Below are positions 14,301 through 26,300 of a stretch of 64,000 bases of DNA, in pieces. How positions within the stretch are numbered: position 1 is the stretch's first letter; each line of letters opens with the position of its first letter. The translations under genes were made by a program, and so were the position numbers. The notes below the pieces were generated by a model. That model did no database searches, was not told the DNA's origin, and worked only from the letters and a program-made list of their open reading frames with translations. Origin of the DNA: Octopus bimaculoides (taxonomy: Eukaryota); NCBI RefSeq assembly GCF_001194135.2, contig NC_068987.1, positions 75,223,318-75,287,317 on the forward strand, in the 5' to 3' direction.

Positions 14301-17300
14301 CAATGCACTATAAAGCAGAGACTCCAGCTAAGAAGATCTGAAGAAGGAATTCCGAAATATCATCGGACTATAGATAACCAAATTACAACAGGTATATAGT
14401 CCATTTTTTGTTTTATAGTGCATTGTTGTACCATTCTAAACTTTTTATTCTTTATATATATATATATGATTGTATGTGTGTGTTTTAATGAGGAGAAATG
14501 AATAGCAGAAAATGAACTTACCTTTTCACTGGTCAAGTATTTGGCAAAATAAGTCTGAGTTTCCTTAAGATATGAGCGGTTGAGTTTCTTGCGAGGGGAT
14601 TTCATATCATCAAGCTTGTAACTAGAAAATGCTGTGAGCACTTCATTGGCGTTCTACAAAGAGAAGAAACAATACAAACAATGTCTTCCTGCCAAGTTCA
14701 ATGTCACTGATGAAGACAGTCACCATAATTTATACTGCAATGGTAAAGCACGAACCCTTGGACTACAGATCAGAAAACAAGCATCTTAACCCATAAAACA
14801 TGAAAATGCAAACAAAACTATGTTCTGATGAAAAATAGGCACTAACCCAACTCAAATAACATGTTATTTGTGTATATAATAACTACGCTTCGCTCCTCTC
14901 CCTTTCTCCAGTGTCTGTTGGTCATATAGATATGTAATAGTGTATGTTAATATGTGTGTGTGTTGAATCATTTTAAATCTCTTTTTGGCTTGGATGGTTT
15001 ATGTTGAAGCAATTGGTTATACACTTAGCCATCTTTCCTACTACTAATAGTAAAGCCTATATTTTGCTCAGTTAGGGAAGCTAAGAAAAGCAGAATTATG
15101 TATTTTGCTTCAGTAACGAATAATTGTGTCACAAGTAACCCAACTTCACACATATCATTGGAAAGACCCACTTCAGTTGACAAAACAGCAAAGTTCACCT
15201 AAAAGTGTATAACCTAGAAGACTAAAAGTCACAAAGCATTTGTATTTGACCAAGGCATTTATGGTATAGAAGATAACACGAGCTCGAGGTATCATACAGG
15301 AGCACCTTGGCGAACTTATAATCAAAAAAGGCTACATCAGCCCTTATGTTTCTTTCTTATTCCCGCTGAACTGTTAACTATTTGTATCGCTATTATCACA
15401 GAACAGAAATAAAAGCCATGTTGTGACATAAAATGAAGTACCACCAGGTATATAAGCGTATATATAAAAAAAAATACTTACTGATGTAAAGGTCAGCCAT
15501 GCCACTTTCTCATAACAAAGAAGAGGCTTCCGGAAGAAATCTTGTAAAGCCCAAAACTTGCGGTACAGATTGAAATCAATAGGTACATTACTACAAAAGC
15601 AGAAAAGAGAACATAGATATTAACTATATACATACAACCAACCAAAAGTAAAATTAAACACACATATTGTTAGCAATAAATTAATACAAACCAGAAATAT
15701 AACTAAGTGATAATTGGTTGTTCCTTTTTTTTTGTTCTTTTTGGATGGGCATGTTGAATGAGGAGAAAATATTATTTGTATTGGCAGAATCATTAGAGCA
15801 TTGGACAAAATGTTTTGCAGTATTTGTTCTGGCTATTATGTCCCCACACCAATATGCACATTTGAAATAATTATCATTACCATTAATAAATTATAGGACT
15901 GGAGACTGTGTCTTTGAATAAATTTGTATCCACTGTGCCTTCCTTAACTAATGCTGAAGCTTTTAGGAGTGTAATAGTAATGTGTGAGATAAAAAAAAAA
16001 AAAAAAAAAATATTCATCTGAAAAATAAGAGCAGCGTGCCTGACTGGAAATAAAGCAAACTAATGTAAAAGTAAGAAGATATAGAAGCACTATGGTCGGA
16101 TAAAAAAAATTCTATATTTTTTGTCAAAATATGTAAGNNNNNNNNNNNNAAAAAAAGAGATCCCACACACATTCACAAACATTAGATATAGTTTTACCTG
16201 TTGTTTTCTTCCATTTCTCCATCGAATTCCATTCTGTCTTCATTCACCTCATTCTAAAATAAAGAAATATAATTATTTATACAAAATAAAGATATCAGCA
16301 GAGCATCAGACTAATAACAGACACAGTCATGCCTGTGTGGTTAAGAAATTCATTTTATAGTCACATGAATCTGGATGTAATTCCACTGCATGAAATTTTA
16401 GGTTACTTACACATAATTCAATGAGCAAGTAGCCATGATCTACCACAGTCTCAGGTCAAACAAAAATTTCTGAGCAGAACTGGATAAATGGACATTGTGG
16501 AGAAGCTTGTTAGATGGACTAAACCTAACTTGTTATCAGGTGGCAAAAAATGATCTGTCATTTGATCTAATACCATCGTTTGAACCTTGTGTGGCTTTAC
16601 TTGAATTTGGACCAGTTATCCAACCTGAAGACATCAGGATGTGCTGCTTCTTGTTGTAGTAATACAGGAGTCATAGTCTCTTCATCTTCTCTTGGGTCAT
16701 CACCAAGCCTAAGAGATTCAGCAAAAGATCATAGCACTACTCTTCCTCCTCTGTTCTTGCATTTCTTGGAACTAAAGAGAATCCTAGTTTACGCAATGCA
16801 GTTTTGGCAGTGTTATATATCAGATCACCATGAGAGATTATTAGTGATTACTTGAAAAATGTATGGGAAGACATTAACTTATAAAACACATCAAATGCAG
16901 TGGGTGATAAGACATGGATTGAGAAATAGTTTTGTAAAGTCTTTTAGAAGGGATTATGGATGATATAGGTGTCATTGTGAAGTAAACCAATGCTGCAAGT
17001 CATCTTACCTTTAAGCGAGATTCCTCTCGATTTGTGTTGTAAACAGTGATATTGTCCAAATTAAACTGACTCATTAAGTTCAAAGCTGTAACAGATACCA
17101 ATGATAATAAAGGTAAGGATATAGGTGAGGATGACATACTAAAAGGAAATTAAAGTTTTCAAAGTGAATGATAGTTAACACTTATATTCTTAGGGCATTA
17201 TTCATATCTACTACAGTACATGGGTGGACTACAATATGCAAAATGTAAAACTTGTTTGCAAAACTTTAGAAACTTTCAAGAGCAAAAGTTTAGCACTTGG

Positions 17301-20300
17301 ATTTATGGTGTTAAGAGGAAGATAGATACCACTCTGGACAGGATGTCACTTTATTGTTTCTAAGATCCTCAATTAGCTGGGACAATGAAAGGGAAGTGTT
17401 TTCTCCAGAAAAAAATGCTTGCAGTGTAATTGAGTACCACCATTCAAAATGATTTATTTCATGTCTCTGAAAGTTTCTGAATTCTTATGATGTAAACAAT
17501 ATACAATTTTTACTGATAAGAACAAAGCTTGTAAAATAGATAGAGAAATCTGAAGAATTACTTTGTTAGAATGGTAGAACATCTGTCATATTTAAAGAAG
17601 ATGTGACTTCAAGACCCACAGACAGCCTTCGATTTTTTCATTCAAAACGTTTTTAATCCATATTTATATGCTATTATAGTTTTATCTCCTTTGAGTAAAA
17701 TGATTTATTTCTCCCAAAGTTCTTAAATTCTTACTAGGTAAACAATACATGTCCAACTTCCCAGCTAACATGAATTGGATGGTTTGATAGGGTCTGATGA
17801 GTTGGAAGTCTGCACCAGAAATCACTTTAACTCTTTAGTATTCAAACTGGCCATATCTGGCCCAAATATTCTATTGTGTTTTTTGTTCAAACTGACCAGA
17901 TCTAGCTTCTCACACCTACCCTACATTACTATTCTAAAATCAAACAATCATATCATTGGAATCTCAAAGCATTGAGATTAATCATGATTAATTAAAGTCG
18001 GTATGAATAAATAAGCATTACATTTGACAGAGTAAACTGAATGCTAAAGGGTTAATGTAATTTCTGTGGCTTGATGCCCTTCCTAATGCCAACTGCTTTA
18101 CAGAGTGTTCTGGGTGATTTTTGTAGCATCAGCACTAGTGATCATCTCATAACTTGTAAACTAAGTCCCTAAAATGGCCTCTATAACTAAGGAATCATCA
18201 GCACATACTTGCACAAATATCACCAGTTTGTTGTAGTTTTCCTTCTTCTGAATGAGACAGCTTACTCTTCAATATATTTTGTTATTTTTTTGTTTGTTTG
18301 TTTGCCTTAGATTTAAGAGTTAATTGTTTTTGTATAATTTTGTATATTTGTTGTTCTCCTGTCTTGACACTAAAACTCAAGATCACTGAGGTGAGTATGC
18401 AATTCTGTGGATTAATGTTGACTAATTTACCTGATTTCTCAGAGAGTGGAAATAACCGAGACAGGAACAGCTGTATCCGACCACAGAACACAGTATTCTG
18501 AGATTTGGAAAGTCTTCTAAGCAAATCTGAAATTGAAATATATAAATAAATAAAATCGGTTAAGCATAGCAATAGGCATATGCATAGTCAGAGACACGTT
18601 CATGGCTATGGGCACAGGTATCTGGTTGCAAAACAATGCCTCAATATGTATTTGTCCAGCCCATGTTAGCATGTAAAAACATGCAAAACAAATGAATGAG
18701 TGAACAACAGTAAGAGATATAGGTGTGAGGTTAAGGAACTGAAACAAGAACATCACCCAGAGATAAAACACATCACGCAGAACGGTATAAATATCTCTCA
18801 AGCCAATGACTAACCTCTATGCTATCAAACGACCTGCAAGAAATAGCAGCAAAATCTATCTCAAATCAAAATCTACTATCTTAAAAAAAGAAAATGGAGA
18901 GACATGAGACAATGTAGTTCTATATATACAAAAGTGGGTGCAGTTATGGCCATATGAATAAGAAATTCATTTTGCAAACACAAAACCTTGGTTCAATCCC
19001 ACTGTGGCATCTCGAGCAAGTGAGTATCTTTTACTATGTATTTGGGTTGATCTAACCTTGTGAGTGAAAGTGGATAGATGAAAACAGTAAATGGAAGCCT
19101 ACTGGATGGACTGTACTTATAATTCAAAGGTCTGGTTCCATATTGCATCACACTGATTCTATCCGAGAATTACGTTAAAAGTACTCAACTACTTACATAG
19201 TAAGTCAATAAGTATGTAGTGCAGTTGATTGCATAACTAAATGCTCATCATCAATTCTGATGGTGGATTCAAAAAGCAAGACGGTAATGGATTTAATGCT
19301 TTTGGTTATAGGTCTGCTCATTTAGGGCTGATATGAAACTAAATAACAGATATAGAAATGATAAGCAAAGTATAGTAAATAAACAATAAAATATAATAAT
19401 CCTTTCTACTATAAGCACAAGGACTGGGTTTGGGGGTGGGGGGGGGAGATAGTTGATTACACTGATCCCAGTACTCAACTGGTACTTAATTTATTGACCC
19501 TGAAAGGATGAAAGGCAAAGCTGACCTTGGCGGAATTTGAACTCAGAATGTAAAGACAGATGAAATGTCATGAAACATTTTGCCTGGTGTGCTAACAATT
19601 CTGCCAGCTCGCTGCCTTAATAATAATAATAATAACAATAATGATAATAATATAGTAAATATGTAACACTTAAAAAAAAAAAAGAAAATGGAGTATACCC
19701 ACAAAAGGCAAGTCAGGGTATTTCATACAATCCTCAACTAGCATTATCTCATAAGCAAGTGTTATCTCCCTCCTGTTCATTGATACATGCAACTTGAGAG
19801 TTTAATGAAGCAGCACCATTAAAGGCAAACATATAATCAAAGGTTACTGAGGGGTTACTTACCATTGCACATTCTCAGCAGATAGTTCTTACCAGCATCG
19901 TAAAAGGTGTCCTGTGAAAATGAGGAAGAAAGAAATAAAGGAGCTGAACTGAGAACAGACAATTCCTTGATTAATGCCCTCATAGCTTCCTTAGTTAGGG
20001 CTAAGAGTTTGTAAAACAACAACACAGTAGAAAGTTAAAAGATTTATAATTCTAACTTCATTGAATTAATAGTGAAACCAATATTAGACAAGGATTCAAC
20101 ATGCCAATAAAGTGGACATATAACACATCTTTCTCTTCTTGATCTTGAAAGCTTTTGAAAAGGTGTTTTTAACTCAAAATATCAGGATTAATTAAACAAT
20201 TCCACAATAACATTTTGATATCTTTGTTGTTGCTATTATTGTTAATTTAGATATTTAATGTTTTTTCTGTACTATTATTACCTTCTATAACACACTGCTA

Positions 20301-23300
20301 TGCTTCAAGTAAACTACAACACTCTTTTATTAATATCAGAACATTTTCTATACACCATGGACTTGTATAGCTAGAATTAATACACACTACATGAACTTTT
20401 TTTTCTTTTCCTGCAGATATTGATCAATGGATGTTGAACTGAAGATTAACTTCACCAATCTCACTGCAGTTTCTGAGGGCTTGTAGATGCTGCTCCTTTT
20501 TAATTTATTTAAAAAAATGAAAGAGCTATTGAGGGGACAAAGAGTACAAGATCATTATAAACACTTGACTAATCTTGATGTATCTAACACTGAATTATCA
20601 TGCTAGCATCTCTACATCTAACACTACTTCACCACTCTATTTCACAGTGTGGCATTACTAATTTGAACACTAACATGATATCTAACACTACATAAATACA
20701 TCAAAACCTTATAAGTACTATATACAGTAATTATATGCATGGCTGTATGGTTAAGAAGCTTGCTTTCCAACCAATAGGCCTTGCATTCAGTCTTACTGCA
20801 TGGCATCTTGGGCGTCTTCTACAATAACTCCAGGCCAATCAAGACCTTGAGCGTGGATTTCATAGATGGAAACTGAAAGATGCCCTTCACATATTTATAT
20901 GTGTATGTGTGTGACCTTGTCTAGATATCATATAATGATTGTAAACAAGTATCACTGTCATACAGACAATGTTGTTCATTTCCGGTCTTCCATGAAAAAC
21001 ATGTTTAGCTCTGGGAAAATATTGCCTTGCATGCAAACAAGTTAAGGCTGGCAACAAGAAAGACATCTAACCATAGAAAATCTGCCTCAATGAATTCTAT
21101 GCAAGCATACAAAAGCAGACAATGATGATATATAACACTTTATTATTAGTTATTGTTACTGTTTTACGACACTAAATTACCCCCTCCCCACTCTATACAC
21201 AATCAACTTCATACACACACACATACACAATAAAATCCTCTTATGCATGTCATTCTAACTATCATTGCCATCAGCAAATCTTTCAACTTCATACCTCATT
21301 ATTATCCAAAGTACCTTAACAAAATCTCAACCTATACCTAGACTTTCTTATATATGCACAGAACGTACAGATCCTATACACACAAAGATATGAAAATATG
21401 GTATAACAAGAAATCTGGAACTGTGTATTGCATCTTGTAATTTGGCTGATTACTTGTGCCATAGGAGTGCTTGATCAGGGCTGACCTAAGGCTATGTAAC
21501 AATCTACACATACACACTCAGAGCTCTTCATATCTCTACACCATGCCCAGCCAACATGAAATGCAACGTTTCCTCAAGTGATACTTACAGACTTCCAAGT
21601 GCTGACTTTTTCTTCGACCAGATTGAAGATATCCTCACATTGTTCCAAAATGATCATGTCAAAGACGTCTGATAGAAGTACAAATGGTGTGGAAGCTGAA
21701 CACACATCTACAAACAGAGTAAGAACGTTGTCTCATCACTATTAGCATTATCACCAAAGTCTTTTTTTTGTTTTTAAATCTTATATTGTGTCAACATAAT
21801 TAATCTAATGCAAGGAGAGTGACAGAAGGAGAAAGATAAGGAAGATATAGTGGCAAAGAAGAAGATACAGAGATTCGTGAACAATGAAGAAGCAGAAGGT
21901 AGAAAGGTGAGAGATGATATATACATATATATGTGTGTGTGGCACATATAAGGACCTTCGAGTGAGAACGTTGCCAGTGCCGCTGGACTGGCTACTGTGC
22001 AGGTGGCACGTAAAATCACCATTTTGAGCATGGCCGTTGCCAGTACCACCTGACTGGCCTTCGTGCCGGTGGCACATAAAAGCACCCACTACACTCTCGG
22101 AGTGGTTGGCATTAGGAAGGGCATCCCACAGTAGAAACTCTGCCAAATCAGATTGGAGCCTGGTCTAGCCATCTCGTTTCACCAGTCCTCAGTCAAATCG
22201 TCCAACCCATGCTAGCATGGAAAGCGGACATTAAATGATGATGATGATGATGTGTGTATATACATATATATATTCAAACACGTATATAAATGTGTGTGTG
22301 TGTAATATATATACATATTCAAAAAGTCATGTCATTGTCCTGCAAATCATCAGATTCCAAAATTCATGCGGATCCACACTTGCGTTTCTTTGCATTTCTC
22401 TTGTCCACTTGTTGACTGAATTTATTGAAGGCTACTTGCCATCTTCGAACTATTTGGAGATCCAAATTCTTTTCTTTGCAGAAAATAGTAAAATTCTTGC
22501 TCAGTGATTTTGCCACAATTACTTTCCTGTACTTAATGGAATAACACTTCCTTCTTGGAGTGAAAATGACCTGACAAATGATTTCTCATTCAATTTCATC
22601 ATGTTATTTTCTGGGAGATTTTCTGCCTTGAAAGAAAATGAGTCCTTTATTGTTTTTTGTATCTACTGACCAGTACTGACCACTAATGAAAATGAGTATC
22701 ACCATAATGCAGGTGGTGTCCTTCAGTTCCAATATTCTGCAAAAACATGTCTGATCATAATGAAATAATACCTTATTTGGAAACAGGTGAGTTGGTGAAA
22801 GAAAGGTCATTTGGTTGTAGAAAACTGGCCTCAGGCAAATTCTGTCCAGCCTATGCAAGCATAGAAAAGTGGACATTAAACCAATGATGATACTTTGTCA
22901 AGTGGTTGATGAATGAGCTGAGATAACTTGTGGTTAGGAAATCTTTTAGTCTTTTTGAGTATATGACACTCTCTCTTGTGTTGATGCCACAATAAAATGC
23001 ATCCAGTACACTCTGTAAAGTAGTTGGTGATAGTAGGGGTATTCAGCCATGGAATCCAAGCAAAATATGGAATTTATGGACAAGGGCCGTAACTCTGAAT
23101 AAAATCTAGCTCAGACCACAGTAACTCATCCAGCCCAATTAAAGCATGGAAAGTGAACATAAAATGGTGAGGGTGACAATGACTTTGTTATTTCTTAATC
23201 TTGAAACTTTATGGTCATCAAGCATATGGAAAGCCATCTGCATGGTAATGTGACGTGCTAGAAATAATAGTCAGATTACACTCATCATCATCTTCGTCGT

Positions 23301-26300
23301 TTAATATCCACTTTCCATGCTGGCATGGGTTAGATGGTTTGACATGGAGATGGCCAGCTGAGAGCTGTCCAGACTTCAGTTGTCAAAATAAAGAGACAGT
23401 AACACAAATACACAACAGGCTTCTTTCAGTTTCTGTCTACTAAATTCACATACAAATTTTTGAGTTCCAAGGACTACAGCAGAAGACACTTGCCAATGGT
23501 ACCACACAGTGGGACGGAACCCAGAACCATGTAGATGGACAGCAAACTTCTCGCCAAACAGCTACAACTGCACCTATATTGGATGCATTTTATCATAACA
23601 CTAGCAGAAGGTTGCTTTGCAGCACACAAGGCTACAGTCCTCACTATCCTATGATGTGTTTAAACACTCAAAATAACATGTCGAAGAAGGTGAATAGAAA
23701 AGAGAGTGGTGACAAAGGAATCAGAAAGAGCGGATGAAATTTGCAAGCACACAGAGAAGGGAAATTCAAATGAGTTCAGTCCTTTGAAAAACTACTTGTG
23801 ATTTTCACCATTTAAAATATCTGTAAAGAAAGCTGGTCTTACCTTGATTAGCAGCTTCAATAGCTGCTGTGATCACTTCTCTGTATACAGAACAGCCCAT
23901 CTCTTCGGTCTGAAACACACAAAAAGAAAATGTTAGCACAAGACAGATGAATCTGACCTCTACTTCATTAGTAGTGCTTATGGAAGGATAAAAGGCTAAG
24001 TTAATACCCAATAGATTTTAATTTCTAACAATAAATAAATCAAACTAGCATTCTATTATTTCTGTTATACCTGCGATTATGATGATAATTTCTCTTACAG
24101 AGGCAGAAGGCCTTATATTTGGATGAAGGACACGTGAGCACATCCGCATTCACCCTCACACACAAACACATCTGCATCCATCCTCACACACGAACACAAC
24201 CGCATTCACCCTCATACAGAAACACAACCGCATCCACCCTCACACAGAAACACAACCGCATCCACCCTCACACACGAACACAACTGCATCTACCTTCACA
24301 CATGAACTCAACCACATCCACTCTCACACACGAACACAGCCGTATCCACCCTCACACACAAACACAACCACCTTCATACACGAACACAACTGCATCCACC
24401 CTCACACAAAGAAGAGGGAAGAATAAAAGAAAAAAAAAAATTTGGACAAAGAGTGTAGTTGACCGTATTGAACCCAATAATTGACTGGTATTTTATTTCA
24501 TTTGATCAGCCTTTGGAGGATGAAAAGTAAAGCTGACCTCAATGAAATTTGAACACAAAACGTAAAGAACTGTGAACAGACACTACAAGGTATTTTGTTA
24601 GGTGTGCTAATGATTTTGTCACTCCATTACCTTTGTATTATAATAGTATTATAATAACGATTTCTAGGCTGGGTCCAAGATTGTATATTTTGGTGGAGGG
24701 AGGGTATAGTAAATGAAATAAACTACAGTACTTGACTGGTATTATATTTTAACAACCACAGAAGGATGAAAGGCAAAGCTAACCTTGGTAAGATTTGAAC
24801 ACAAAATGTAAAAGGATATAACAAAATATTGCAGCTTTCTATTGATGCTGCCAATCTACCACATGCAGTTAATAATGATGACAATAAAAATAATCTGAAA
24901 ATAGAGTTGACTTACTATAACAATGCGAACAATATCACGGAGCGCTTGATCTAAAGCCAGTTTTTTCTCACTGTCACTGAAAGCAATAGGAAATTTTGGT
25001 AAAAATTTTTATATACATAGATATTTGTTACTGTATAGAAATCCATATCTATAACAAGAACTGAGATAAGATTTTATGTTTATTCAGTACTTCTTGCATG
25101 TATTTCATTAATGAACATGACTGCTATGCAAAGAATTATCTCACAATCATACTACATCATTAAATCATCAGAGATTGTATAACAAAGACAAAAGTGTAAC
25201 CTTATGCCATTTTATTGCACTTAGACAGCTGAAATGCATGTGGTAAGATGCTGAGCTGGAGAAAACCCATCCAGTTCATGCATGCATTGAAAAGTGGACA
25301 TAAAAATGATGATGATACATTTCAGATTTTAGCCCAAAGTAAACCCTGATTGAACAGACCCATTATCAACCATCTCATCTTATTACATATTTCAGACTAC
25401 ACTGTCCAATGACTTTCATTTTCTGATACAACTGGGTGTGATCTGAGATAGATTTGACTGCTATTTCTGACTGGTTGAAGGACCATTTAGAGGTTCCCTT
25501 GTTGGCTCAAACACAATGTAGGTGTTGATGTTAACTACAGTACTGACAAAAGTATATATGTTATAAAAATAGCTTCAACATGTGATGTAGATAGTGTCAG
25601 TAATTATAGTAGTTTATATGAGTGTATATGTTATTATAGTATCTATGTTATATGTACTATACCTAATATAATATATAAGTTATTTAATATTTTATTGTTT
25701 TTATAACATTGACTTGTTGTCATCACTGTAGTTGGTGGCATCATATTTGTTTTATAGCCTGTAGAAACCAAGCCAAAACAGACTATGGAATCTGGTGTGG
25801 CCCCTGGCCTTGCCATTTCCTGTCAAGCCACCCAACTCATGCCATCATGGAAAATGGACATTAAATGTTGATGATGATATGTTGAGTAATGACTTTGTAA
25901 TTTGGGCGCTGTTAGTAGCTATAGAGTTGTCAATAATCATCGTCATCGTTTAACATCTGCTTTCCATGCTAGCATGGGTTGGACGATTTAGCTGAGGACT
26001 GATGAAACCAGATGACTACACCAGGCTCCAATCTGATTTGGCAGAATTTCTACAGCTGGATGCCCTTCCTAACGCCAACTACTCCGAGAGTGTAGTGGGT
26101 GCTTTTACATGCCACCGGCATACCTGTTATATATTAGCTGCTACATATATTGTAGGTAATGTAGTCTAGAGCATATTTGTTGACTGAAATACTTACTTGC
26201 CATGGTAACTCTGGACATGTGGTATACACTGACTGAGCAGATTCTTGGTGAGCAGGCTTTGCAAGACTTGCTGTAATATATCAAAAATTCATCATAAGCT

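Noticed and set aside
14703-14730. CTGATGA-a-GAC-A-GTC hammerhead-like start
   Set aside because: No GAAA after stem II
15120-15410. Possible intronic snoRNA in THOC1 intron 10 (GTGATAA..CTGA; 11-nt complement to the 28S CCCGCTGAACT motif; ACA-like end)
   Set aside because: C box is imperfect, the antisense stretch does not abut a D or D' box, and H/ACA hairpin spacing is wrong; would need snoscan/snoGPS plus conservation
16580-16800. Acidic frame ([10 protein letters not shown]..) as THOC1 exon 9
   Set aside because: Splice phase incompatible; the 16198-16253 exon fits both neighbours exactly
17788-17830. CTGATGA...GAAA spacing
   Set aside because: No G10.1-C11.1 closing pair, and no stem I or III
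24139-24410. ORF 24119..24484 and a possible CRISPR array
   Set aside because: Contiguous 28-bp tandem repeat with no spacers; the ORF is a by-product
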